From contig CABULC010000005.1 of NCBI GenBank assembly GCA_902492325.1, positions 6,162 through 70,161 on the forward strand: DNA of 64,000 nt. The letters are read 5' to 3'. Shown in pieces: positions 41,389 to 50,710 of the stretch. A program made the position numbers and the translations under genes. The notes under the pieces are model-generated. The model saw nothing but the letters and a program-made list of their open reading frames with translations. It did no database searches and was not told the DNA's origin. This DNA is from an uncultured Clostridium sp. Its GTDB lineage: Bacteria > Bacillota_I > Bacilli_A > RF39 > UBA660. Every line of letters starts with the position of its first letter. Position 1 is the stretch's first letter.

Positions 41389-41996
41389 TGATTAATATAC
41401 AAAAAAGATATTTGTTGTCTGCTTTGGTATCAGGTCTTTCATTCATAATATTATATGTGGTGTTAGACTTCTACTTATGGATGGCATTATTACTCACAAT
41501 ACTTATTTATATAGCTGGTATATTCTTATTTAAATCGCAAGATATAAGAATATACGATAGAGAAGCTCTTGCTAGATATAACTTCGAAATGTCTAAACTA
41601 AATGATTATAAAGAAAAAATAAAAGATAAAACTATAAAAGATAAGTTAGCTAAAATAGTTAATGTTTCTCAAAAAATAACAAAACATTTAGAAACTAGAC
41701 CTAGAAATGCTACTAAAATTTATAACTTCTTAGATTATTATTTACCATTTACTACTAGAATAGTTACTAAATATATAGAAGCTGAAAGTAAGAAAGAAAA
41801 AACTTTCGTAGAAAATAAACTTATACTTAAAATGTCAGTATATATTAAAGAAGTTGAACATGAATGTGATAGATTACTTGAAGAGATCGTAAAATCTAAA
41901 GATAAAGAATTAGATTTTGAAATGAAAGTCTTTGAAAAAACATCTGATTTAGATATAAATGAAGATGAATTAAAAGGAAGTGAAAAAAATGTTTAA
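41388..41996 (+). CDS. membrane protein with 2 N-terminal TM helices and helical C-terminal domain
   Basis: 202 aa. Start overlaps the stop of the vWA gene. Weak resemblance to XpaC/TelA-like helical proteins (not confirmed). Confidence 0.4.
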   Translation: MINIQKRYLLSALVSGLSFIILYVVLDFYLWMALLLTILIYIAGIFLFKSQDIRIYDREALARYNFEMSKLNDYKEKIKDKTIKDKLAKIVNVSQKITKHLETRPRNATKIYNFLDYYLPFTTRIVTKYIEAESKKEKTFVENKLILKMSVYIKEVEHECDRLLEEIVKSKDKELDFEMKVFEKTSDLDINEDELKGSEKNV

Positions 41997-43113
41997 AAAA
42001 GAAGGAATGGTATCAAAGATAGTTGGTGTTGTTTTACTTGTAGTTATTATTGTTTTAGTAATAGTAATTAAGAATGGAAATTTCACTAATAAAGTTGATG
42101 AAATTTATGGAGCAGTAGGTGGTGGTAAAGAAGACTTACTTGCTGATGAAGAAATTAATAAAATATTTGCTAAAAAGTATAAATTTAAATTTGTACAAGA
42201 TTCATGGAGTAATGGAAAAACTGTTAAAGAAAGTTTGGTTCGTAAAGATGGAAGTAAGTATGATTTAGCTTTCTTCTCTGATCAAAGATATTATGATTAC
42301 TTTAAAACTTCTCCTAAAGCGGATGAAGCGCCTCGTGATTATGTAATTGATGGTGATTTAGTACTTAATACGCCAATTGTTATTTATAGTTGGGCTGAAG
42401 TAACTGATGCATTAATTAAAGAAAATATCGTAACAGTTAAGAATGATGTTTATTATATTACTGATATGAATAAACTTATAACTTATATATTAAATGGTAA
42501 AAAATGGAGTGAACTTGGTTTAGATATATATGGTCAAGTTAATATAGGTTCTACAGATCCTGTTACTTCATCACCAGGTGCTACATATTATGGACTTTTA
42601 CTTTCTATAATGGCTGGTGGAGATGTTAATAATGTAAGTATTAAAGAAGCACTTCCTAAATTAAAAGAATTTTATATAAAGAGTGGATACATGAATAATA
42701 CACCTGCTGACTTATTCTCAATGTTCTTAAAGACTGGTATGGGTGCTAAACCTATGATAGTTGATTATGAAAAGAGTGTTATTGATTTTGCTAATGCAAA
42801 TCCTGATGGATGGAATCAAGTAAAAGATAAAATTAGAATATTATATCCAACACCAACTATATGGAATAGCCACTGTATTGCAGCATTTGATGAAAATGGT
42901 AAAAAGCTTTTAGAAGCATTCAATGATAAAGAGGTTGCTCAAAGAAGTTGGGAAAGATATGGATTTAGAGTTGGTACTACTGGAGGAAACTATGATGTTA
43001 GTAAAATTAGTGGTACTATAAAAGGAATACCTCAAGAAATAACAAGTGTAACTTCTGGACTTAGAATGGATGTATATAATGAAGTTATAGATTACTTAAA
43101 AAATAATCAATAA
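41980..43113 (+). CDS. membrane-anchored extracytoplasmic binding-protein-like protein
   Basis: 377 aa. N-terminal TM anchor, periplasmic-binding-protein-like composition. Overlaps the preceding gene by 17 nt. Confidence 0.4.
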   Translation: MKKMFKKEGMVSKIVGVVLLVVIIVLVIVIKNGNFTNKVDEIYGAVGGGKEDLLADEEINKIFAKKYKFKFVQDSWSNGKTVKESLVRKDGSKYDLAFFSDQRYYDYFKTSPKADEAPRDYVIDGDLVLNTPIVIYSWAEVTDALIKENIVTVKNDVYYITDMNKLITYILNGKKWSELGLDIYGQVNIGSTDPVTSSPGATYYGLLLSIMAGGDVNNVSIKEALPKLKEFYIKSGYMNNTPADLFSMFLKTGMGAKPMIVDYEKSVIDFANANPDGWNQVKDKIRILYPTPTIWNSHCIAAFDENGKKLLEAFNDKEVAQRSWERYGFRVGTTGGNYDVSKISGTIKGIPQEITSVTSGLRMDVYNEVIDYLKNNQ

Positions 43114-43134
43114 GTTAATATTTGGAGTTTAATT

Positions 43135-43168
43135 AAAACAGTATTTATTTTTTATAAATACTGTTTTT
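43135..43168. terminator. bidirectional terminator (perfect 14-bp-arm palindrome)
   Basis: AAAACAGTATTTAT-ttttt-ATAAATACTGTTTT between convergent genes. Confidence 0.75.
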
Positions 43169-43191
43169 AGTTTGATAATTTATATAGTTTA

Positions 43192-44919
43192 TTAGTCTTT
43201 TATAAGCGGTTTAAAATTTTTAATTGCTTCAATAAGTTTTTGGTTTTGTATGACAAAGTGTATTACGGGATTTGAGCTTTTTGAGATGATTGTGTAATTA
43301 TTTTCAAGTGATACTATAGTTATATTTTTAAATATTTTTTCGGCTAAATAATTTAGTTTGTAATTTTTTACGCTTTTTGCATATTCCTTTGTTTGATTTA
43401 GATGCTCTATATATTCGTTATAATTGTAATTTATTTTTTTATTAAAAAAAATGTTACTTAATAAAAGTGATGGTGTATCATTTTTAAATTCGTTTTCTTT
43501 TATATTATAAATATAATCATATATTTTATTATTCTTCCTAATGCTATTTATATGTTTTAGTTCATCATTCTTGTATTTTATTATTTTATTAATGTCTTCA
43601 TTTGTTAGTTTATTTCTTTTTAAAATTTTAATTAATAATTCATCTTTTATAGTGAATATTGGTAATGATGAAAGATATCTTTTTCTATTGCATATTATTT
43701 TTTCATCTTTTTTTAAAAATAATTCGTATTCTTTTGCATTATTTTCTCTATAAATTTTCATAAGTGGTTTTGCTTTTTTAAGAAGTAAATTACTTTTTTC
43801 TCTATAATATTTAACCTCATTTTTGTTTGTTGTTAGATAATACATTCCCTTATCATGGTAACCTTTAATGCATTCGCCAGTTAATGCTGACGTTCCTGAT
43901 ACATAATCAAGGTGATTGTAAATACTATTTTTTATATCTTTTAAATAGTAGGGTGATACTTGTCCAGTCATATAAATCGGTATCCAACTTTCAAGACCTA
44001 GCATCATTTCGTTAAATGGTCTATCTACATTATGAATAATATTTATATGATGTCCTTTTTTTAAACACATAGCTATTGCTAACATCCATTTTTTTCCAAA
44101 TTCTGTATCTTTGGCCATGTCTTCCATTGGCATGTAACTGCACATGAAAATATCTTCTTTTGATTTAGCTAAAACTGTTGCTTTAAAAAAATTAAGTTCT
44201 CCTTCTTTCATTTCTTCTATTCCATAATAATGTTTTGTTTTTGCTTTATAAAAAGGTATACTTGGAACTTTTAATTTATCAAATTTTATTACTTTTATAT
44301 AATCTTCTAAATCAAATGTATCGAGATTATATAAAAAATCTGATACATTATTTTTAGTTGGGGTTGTTTCACTTGTAAGCCAAGTAAGTAATGTATTATA
44401 TAAATTTTCAGATGTTAATTTATTTTTTTCATTGTCAATGATTGTTGCTATACGATTTATATTATCTACATTATTACATTTGCTAAATATATAAGAACAT
44501 ATTTTGTTTGAAAATTCTACTGGATTTGAAGGCTTAGCTTTACCATTTTTTATTCTTGAAATATGTGATGCATCAAATACAATATATTTTGCCATTTCGT
44601 TTGTATTTATATTAAGTAGTGTTATTAAAGTATTTAGTTTATTACTAAAAGCTGTATAATCAAAGTCATCACTTGATAGTGTTGAATTAAAATCATTTGA
44701 TATTTTATCAAGTGTATATTGAGTTTTATTATTTTCTTGTGCAATATTAAAAAGTGCAGCAGTTAACTCGGTTAGTTGTTTGCTGTTTTTTAGTGGAATT
44801 CTTTCGCCATTTCTATATCTACTGATAACTGTTTGTGATAATCCAGAAACTTTAGATAGTTGTTTTGGAGTGCAATTAAGTTCTTGTAAATATATATTTA
44901 ATAGGTTTTTAAAATTCAT
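43192..44919 (-). CDS. XRE-family transcriptional regulator with two HTH modules and a large C-terminal domain
   Basis: 575 aa. N-terminal HTH_XRE (LSKVSGLSQTVISRYRNGERIP) and second HTH (MAKYIVFDASHISRIKNGKAKP). ~400-aa C-terminal domain of unknown function. Divergent from the 45059 operon. Confidence 0.65.
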   Translation of the reverse strand: MNFKNLLNIYLQELNCTPKQLSKVSGLSQTVISRYRNGERIPLKNSKQLTELTAALFNIAQENNKTQYTLDKISNDFNSTLSSDDFDYTAFSNKLNTLITLLNINTNEMAKYIVFDASHISRIKNGKAKPSNPVEFSNKICSYIFSKCNNVDNINRIATIIDNEKNKLTSENLYNTLLTWLTSETTPTKNNVSDFLYNLDTFDLEDYIKVIKFDKLKVPSIPFYKAKTKHYYGIEEMKEGELNFFKATVLAKSKEDIFMCSYMPMEDMAKDTEFGKKWMLAIAMCLKKGHHINIIHNVDRPFNEMMLGLESWIPIYMTGQVSPYYLKDIKNSIYNHLDYVSGTSALTGECIKGYHDKGMYYLTTNKNEVKYYREKSNLLLKKAKPLMKIYRENNAKEYELFLKKDEKIICNRKRYLSSLPIFTIKDELLIKILKRNKLTNEDINKIIKYKNDELKHINSIRKNNKIYDYIYNIKENEFKNDTPSLLLSNIFFNKKINYNYNEYIEHLNQTKEYAKSVKNYKLNYLAEKIFKNITIVSLENNYTIISKSSNPVIHFVIQNQKLIEAIKNFKPLIKD

Positions 44920-45058
44920 AGTATATTACTCCTTTGATAGTATTATACTATGAATTTCGAGTGTAGTAAATTTATTACCATTGAAAACAATGATTTTGCT
45001 GGTAACTTAGTTGTACTTTAAATAACTTCAAATTATAATATATATATAAAGGAGAAGA

Positions 45059-46138
45059 ATGTTTATGAAGAATGTTAAATTAAATTCTATGCAAAAAAGA
45101 ATAATTATAATTTCTATAGCTGCTATTACTATATTAGTATGTGTTATTTTATTTAGTAATAATGGTAAAGGAATATTTAATAATCCTGATAGTAATGTTA
45201 AAATTGTAAAATCAGAAGTTAGTAAAATAGAACTTGAGGATTATAATACCAGTGAATTTACCATAAAAAAGCCAAAAGGTTGGAAAGTTGATACACTTGG
45301 AGATTATATTCATTATACAATTAAGGTATATGACCCAAATAATTCATCTTATCAATTTTTCTTTAATATGAAAACTGAAGGGTATAATAAGTCAGAGGCT
45401 GCTAAAAAATGGCAACAAAAGTATTATCCAAATAATATATTTTCAAAAACTAGTGTAATTGCTACTAAAGATACTGAAGGATTTTATAAGATATTTAATG
45501 ATTTAGGAACTTTAAATAATACTAGTACATTTACGTTTCCAACATTAACTGATTTTACTGTAACGGATAATTTAGGTAAAGGTAGTTTAGGTGGAGATAT
45601 GCTAAGAGCAACATTTAAAGATGCTAATGGTAAAGAGGGAGAAGGAATATTTACTGCCTATGTATATGATGTTGGACCTTATTATGTTTATGAAAATATA
45701 GTTTCGGGTAGAAAAATAGATATACAACACTTAAATGTATATGATGCTATCTTTATTACTGCACCAAAAGATGAACTTATAGATTGGCAAGATACATTGA
45801 ATACTATTTGTTCTTCACTAGAATTCACAGATACTTTTATAAATGGATTTAATCAACAACAAGACGCAGTCATGAAAAACTTTCAACAAATTAGAGCAAT
45901 AGGTAATCAAATAAGTGATGGAATAATGGATTCTTGGAATAAAAGAAATAAATCATTTGATATTATGAGTCAAAAACAAAGTGATGCAACACTTGGATAT
46001 GAAAGAGTATATGATACTGAAACTAATGAAATATATAAAGCATATAATGGATTTACAGATGACTATGATGGGGAAAGATATAAATCTATAACTGATGATA
46101 TGTATTCACAAAAAACTAGTGGATATATAGAAAAGTAG
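45059..46138 (+). CDS. secreted/membrane-anchored hypothetical protein
   Basis: 359 aa, N-terminal TM/signal, no known motif. Confidence 0.45.
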   Translation: MFMKNVKLNSMQKRIIIISIAAITILVCVILFSNNGKGIFNNPDSNVKIVKSEVSKIELEDYNTSEFTIKKPKGWKVDTLGDYIHYTIKVYDPNNSSYQFFFNMKTEGYNKSEAAKKWQQKYYPNNIFSKTSVIATKDTEGFYKIFNDLGTLNNTSTFTFPTLTDFTVTDNLGKGSLGGDMLRATFKDANGKEGEGIFTAYVYDVGPYYVYENIVSGRKIDIQHLNVYDAIFITAPKDELIDWQDTLNTICSSLEFTDTFINGFNQQQDAVMKNFQQIRAIGNQISDGIMDSWNKRNKSFDIMSQKQSDATLGYERVYDTETNEIYKAYNGFTDDYDGERYKSITDDMYSQKTSGYIEK

Positions 46139-46145
46139 GTATGGT

Positions 46146-47069
46146 ATGAAGAATAAAAAAACAATTTATGTTATTATATTATCTATTGTATTAGTAGGTA
46201 TTATTTCTATAATTATTATTAAAAGTAAAAATCAAAAATTAAATGATCATACTCCTCCAGAAGCAAAATCAATATTTGATGCACTTAAGAAAAAATATCC
46301 GGATAAAGAATATCAAAGACTAAAGGGTGGAGAAATATTAAAGGAAGATACTTCATTTAGTAAATACTCTTTTATTGCCAATAATTCTATATATATTTTT
46401 AATCCACAAAAACTAGATAATGGAGAGTTTGAATATAAAAAAGTATATAATATAGCTAATAGTATTAAGGTTATGAATATTACTCCGAATTCAGGTGCTG
46501 ATATAAGATTTTATGATTATAATGATACTATATATACTTTACATGATGATAATACAAATAATAAAATTAAAGATAGTTATGATATGTATTTAAATGCAAA
46601 TTATAATCTTAGTGATTATCTTAAATGGGATTATTCAACAGAGTTTCTTGGCAAAAAAATTGATTATGATTTTATGTCTGAATATGCTTATGTAAAAGAT
46701 AATGTTTTATATAGTAAAAACTATGGCAATGAAAAATATCCAACTATTGAAAAAATAAGTGGTAATTATGAGGGAGAAAAAGTAATTAGAATCTACAATG
46801 AGAGAATTGTGAAAACTGATAAAGGTTTTTATGAACTGATGAGTTATTTTGATAATAATTTAAATAAAAAAGTTATTACTACTGTTAGAATTAATATGCT
46901 AACAAAATATTATGATGAGATTTTAACGTTTACATATAAATATGTAATATTAAAGGATTGTACACTTATACCTATAAATGATGTTATGGAGAATAGGGTA
47001 AGAGAATATTCATATGATTATTATATAAGTGGATTTAATTCTATGAGTGAAGTTAGATATGAAGAATAA
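46146..47069 (+). CDS. secreted/membrane-anchored hypothetical protein
   Basis: 307 aa, N-terminal TM/signal, Tyr/Asn-rich. Confidence 0.45.
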   Translation: MKNKKTIYVIILSIVLVGIISIIIIKSKNQKLNDHTPPEAKSIFDALKKKYPDKEYQRLKGGEILKEDTSFSKYSFIANNSIYIFNPQKLDNGEFEYKKVYNIANSIKVMNITPNSGADIRFYDYNDTIYTLHDDNTNNKIKDSYDMYLNANYNLSDYLKWDYSTEFLGKKIDYDFMSEYAYVKDNVLYSKNYGNEKYPTIEKISGNYEGEKVIRIYNERIVKTDKGFYELMSYFDNNLNKKVITTVRINMLTKYYDEILTFTYKYVILKDCTLIPINDVMENRVREYSYDYYISGFNSMSEVRYEE

Positions 47070-47113
47070 AAAGTTCATTATCTAACTTTTTTTATAGATG
47101 TGATATAATTTAA

Positions 47114-47569
47114 TTGAGGTGTCAGATGATTATAAGAGTAGAAAATGTAGAAGACTGTAAAACTTGTGATGAATTTTTAACACTATTAATTCATGATGAA
47201 AAACAATATGATGAAACAATAGATGAGAATTTTGTTGTTAAAGATTATTTTGTTAATGTAATAAAAAATAAAGATAATATATTACTTTTATATAAAGAAG
47301 ATAATAATAGTATTGGTTATATGTTTGCTAAAAGAGTAGACGAAGGATATTTATTGGATGGATTATATGTTCTTGAAAACTTTAGAAATAAAGGAATTGC
47401 TAGAAAACTTTTAAATGAAATTATTAAAGAAATTAATTTAAATGGTGAATATAAAATATCTATAAATGTTTTAAAAGAAAATGCTGTTGCTTATAATTTA
47501 TATAAAAGCTTAGGATTTATTATTCAAAAAGAAGATGAACTTAAATATTATATGATTTATAAAAAATAG
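47114..47569 (+). CDS. GNAT family N-acetyltransferase
   Basis: Motif A region (LENFRNKGIARKLLNEI). Confidence 0.65.
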   Translation: MRCQMIIRVENVEDCKTCDEFLTLLIHDEKQYDETIDENFVVKDYFVNVIKNKDNILLLYKEDNNSIGYMFAKRVDEGYLLDGLYVLENFRNKGIARKLLNEIIKEINLNGEYKISINVLKENAVAYNLYKSLGFIIQKEDELKYYMIYKK

Positions 47570-47635
47570 TTTTACTTTGCCTAAACATAGATTTTATTTT
47601 TACATAAAATATCTATGAAAAGGAGAAGTGTTAAA

Positions 47636-47953
47636 ATGAATAATACAATGGGTATGTATCAAGGTTATAGTGTTGAAGGTAGTGCTGAATTAAAAGTTAC
47701 TCCTGAAAAAATGATGAATGAAAATGTTTCTTCTTGTAATACTATGCCAGGTGTAGTTTGTCAACCAATATATGAATGTCCACAAGAAAGATGTGTACAT
47801 AGACAAATTATTCATGAAGTTCCACATGTTTGTCCAGTAAATACAAGAATTATTAATCATCATATTTATAGACATACTTATAGTCCTTGTTATACATGTA
47901 CTGAAGAAAATGAAATTTGTAATGAGAATGTAGGTTGCCCTATAAAGTTCTAA
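47636..47953 (+). CDS. Cys/His-rich small protein, spore-coat CotD-like
   Basis: ~105 aa with repeated (V/I)xHx/VPHVxP/HH patterns and 10 Cys, resembling the CotD spore-coat family (from memory, unverified). RBS before ATG 47636. Confidence 0.4.
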   Translation: MNNTMGMYQGYSVEGSAELKVTPEKMMNENVSSCNTMPGVVCQPIYECPQERCVHRQIIHEVPHVCPVNTRIINHHIYRHTYSPCYTCTEENEICNENVGCPIKF

Positions 47954-48052
47954 TAAAAGTTTATAAAAGAGTTATTTAATATAACTTTTTTATTTTGTAA
48001 AAAGAAGTGTTTTTGAAATTTATGTCTAACTATAATAATAGGAGGCTATAAT

Positions 48053-48603
48053 ATGAAAGAAAATCAAATGTACTTAATAAACAAAATGTTTAATAGTGAA
48101 ACAATAAGAACTGTGTGGAATAGGGAGAAACAAAAGTATTATATTAGTGTTGTTGATATAGTTGCTGTTTTGGTAGAAAGCAAAGATCCTAGACATTATT
48201 GGAATGTTCTAAAATCAAGATTAAAACATGAAGGAAATCAGTCGGTCACAAATTGTGACCAACTGAAATTAAAATCATCAGATGGCAAATATTATAAAAC
48301 TGATGTAGTTGATATCGAAGGTATGTTTAGAATAATTGAATCAATTCCAAGTAAAAATGCAGAACCCATCAAATTATGGTTAGCAAGACTTGGAAGAGAA
48401 AGAATAGATGAAGTATTTGACCCATCAATAACTGTGCAAAGAGCAATAGATACATATAGAGTTAAAGGATATGATTAGGTGGTCATGCCTCTAAAGTTGC
48501 GCGTGAGGATATAGAAAAGAATTTAGGACAAAGTATTTTAAGTGTTGAAAATACTTTAGAATATGAATATACTCAGGATAAAGAGATGATTCAAAATAAA
48601 TAA
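48053..48603 (+). pseudogene. Bro-N/DinD-like (phage-related DNA-binding) gene remnant with internal deletion
   Basis: ORF 48053-48478 encodes a Bro-N/ORF6N-like N-terminal domain ending ...PSKNAEPIKLWLARLGRERIDEV...VKGYD. A -1 frame downstream (48478-48603) encodes GGHASKVAREDIEKNLGQSILSVEN, which resembles the C-terminal tail of full-length (~270 aa) family members. The middle of the gene appears to be missing. Confidence 0.4.
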
Positions 48604-48641
48604 TATAGTGTTATAAAGCTATCATCTATGCTAAAATAATA

Positions 48642-49313
48642 TTGGTGAAGATAATGATCAAAAAGTATGAAAAAATATTAAAATTAGATGATACAGTAGC
48701 TAAAAATTTATTTGATAAAGTAGAATACCCATGGGAAGTATTACCTGAAATTAAAAATTATATATTAGAAATAATTCCTACTTTAGGAAGTGAATATATA
48801 AAATTAAAAGATGATGTTTATGTTCATAAAAATGTTCAAGTTGATGAGAGTGCTCATATAGATGGACCTTCTGTTATTGGTGAAAATAGTGTAATAAGAC
48901 ATTCTGCATATATTAGAGGTTCTGTTATAATTGGTAAGAATTGTGTTATAGGGAATTCTACTGAAATTAAAAATTCTATTCTTTTTGATGGAGTTGCTTG
49001 TCCTCATTTTAATTATGTTGGTGACTCTATTTTAGGAAGTAAAGCTCATACCGGAGCTGGTGTTATTCTTTCTAATGTTAAAAGCGATAATACTAATGTA
49101 ATTATTAGAGATAAAGATAATTCTATCGATACTAATCTTAGAAAAATGGGTTCTATAATTGGAAATAATGTTGAGATAGGATGTAATAGTGTTATATGTC
49201 CTGGTACAATAATAAATTCTAATGTAAATATTTATCCACTTACTATGGTAAGAGGTGTAATACCTGAAAATGTTATAGTAAAATCTATGGATAATATAAT
49301 AAATAAAAAATAA
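48642..49313 (+). CDS. hexapeptide-repeat (left-handed beta-helix) transferase-like protein
   Basis: Tandem [LIV]-G-x-x-x-x hexapeptides across residues ~60-200. Confidence 0.6.
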   Translation: MVKIMIKKYEKILKLDDTVAKNLFDKVEYPWEVLPEIKNYILEIIPTLGSEYIKLKDDVYVHKNVQVDESAHIDGPSVIGENSVIRHSAYIRGSVIIGKNCVIGNSTEIKNSILFDGVACPHFNYVGDSILGSKAHTGAGVILSNVKSDNTNVIIRDKDNSIDTNLRKMGSIIGNNVEIGCNSVICPGTIINSNVNIYPLTMVRGVIPENVIVKSMDNIINKK

Positions 49314-49342
49314 TTATGATATAATGAATTAGGTGAATTATT

Positions 49343-50584
49343 ATGATTTTAAGTATATGTTCTAATCCTGAAGTGCTAGAAGTTATGAGAATTGTTAATA
49401 TGGCAATATTGATAATTAAAATAACTGTTCCAATATTATTAATAGTTATTGGTATGGTAACGTTAATGAATACAATTAAAGTTGGTAATGAAGATTTACT
49501 AGCTAAAGCTAAAAAACAACTTATTAATAATTGTATTGCAGCAATGATTATATTTTTAATACCAACTCTTGTTAGTGTAATAGTTAGAGTAAGTGATACT
49601 AATAATCAATACAGAGCTTGTTTAGATGCTGATGTAACAATGATAAATGATGCATATATATCAAGAGCTGAGAATTTAGTATCTAAAGCTGAAGAAGCAA
49701 AAACATACAATGATTATTATGCTGCTAAAAAAGCAGTAGATGGATTGAAAAATGAAAGTGATAGAGCTAGTTTTAGTTCAAGATTAAATGCTGTATATGA
49801 AATAATTAAGGCAGATATTGAAAAAAACAATAATAATGAAGATGAAAATAGTGGTGGCGTAGGTTCTAGTGATGATGGAAGCGGAAGTACTACGGGTAGT
49901 AATTTAAATGTTAGTGCTGGTTCATCTGAATATACTGGAGTAGGAAGTATTACTAAATATACTTTGTTTGTTCCAAAAAATGCCAAAGAAAATATGCCAT
50001 TGATAGTTATGTTACCTGCTAGTAACGGGGACTATAGTGCTGCTGTTAATGAATTTAAAAATATGAAACTTGAAAATGATTTAGCATTTATGATGGTTGT
50101 TTATCCTAGTGGTAACTATTCTTCACAAGCATATAGCGATATTAAAACTACAGCTGATGAAGTTGTTAATAAATATAAAATAAACAAAAATAAAATTGGT
50201 GCTTCTGGATTTAGTTCTAGTGGGACATATGTGTATCATTTAGTTGTGAATAATCAAGGTTATTTTCATAGTATGGTTCCTATAAGTTCAGGAGTAAGTT
50301 CATCGGATAAAATTTTAAAAGATAACTTAGATTATTTAAAAACATTAAATATTAAAGGTTATGGTGAAAATGGTGGAGCATATGATTCTAATGGTAAAAA
50401 ATGTGCTGGATGGACTAATTGGTCACCATCTAATTCAATGACAAGTGCATTTAATGCTTTAGGCAAATCAAATAATTTTGTTAATCTTGGAAAGATATGC
50501 CATAGTAATGTTAGAAGTTATGTTTTTAATTTAGATGAAAATAATAATAATCGTTCTGATTATATAGAATGGTTTACTAAATAG
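49343..50584 (+). CDS. membrane-anchored modular protein: shared N-terminal 2-TM/coiled-coil module plus alpha/beta-hydrolase(esterase)-like C-terminal domain
   Basis: 413 aa. First ~185 aa are nearly identical to the 58300 protein. Gly/Ser/Asp-rich linker. C-terminal ...LIVMLPASNG...IGASGFSSSG... suggests an esterase fold (weak). Confidence 0.5.
   Translation: MILSICSNPEVLEVMRIVNMAILIIKITVPILLIVIGMVTLMNTIKVGNEDLLAKAKKQLINNCIAAMIIFLIPTLVSVIVRVSDTNNQYRACLDADVTMINDAYISRAENLVSKAEEAKTYNDYYAAKKAVDGLKNESDRASFSSRLNAVYEIIKADIEKNNNNEDENSGGVGSSDDGSGSTTGSNLNVSAGSSEYTGVGSITKYTLFVPKNAKENMPLIVMLPASNGDYSAAVNEFKNMKLENDLAFMMVVYPSGNYSSQAYSDIKTTADEVVNKYKINKNKIGASGFSSSGTYVYHLVVNNQGYFHSMVPISSGVSSSDKILKDNLDYLKTLNIKGYGENGGAYDSNGKKCAGWTNWSPSNSMTSAFNALGKSNNFVNLGKICHSNVRSYVFNLDENNNNRSDYIEWFTK
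49360..49891 (+). repeat. dispersed repeat copy 1 (~530 bp, ~99% identical to 58318-58850)
   Basis: Direct comparison of the two 5' gene segments shows only ~8 mismatches over ~530 bp. Confidence 0.85.
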
Positions 50585-50710
50585 AAGTATTATTTTTTAA
50601 TAATACTTTTTTTGTAAAGTTTTGAAATATTTTTTATATATATTGACAAGTGAGTAGCTGTTCAACTATAATATAAATAGTTGAAAGAATATTCAACTAA
50701 AGGAGTTATT

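Noticed and set aside
43541-43753. 70-aa plus-strand ORF inside the XRE regulator gene
   Set aside because: Antisense to a 575-aa ORF with clear HTH motifs. It is low-complexity.
44975-45005. TTACCA-N19-TGGTAA as a firm operator call
   Set aside because: Only 6-bp arms. It is reported as a hypothesis within a finding, not as a feature.
49343-49600. N-terminal 2-TM module of the hydrolase paralogues as a holin or a VirB2-like pilin
   Set aside because: Only the topology is suggestive. The module is fused to large domains and has no lysis-cassette or T4SS context, so it is kept as speculation within the finding rather than called.
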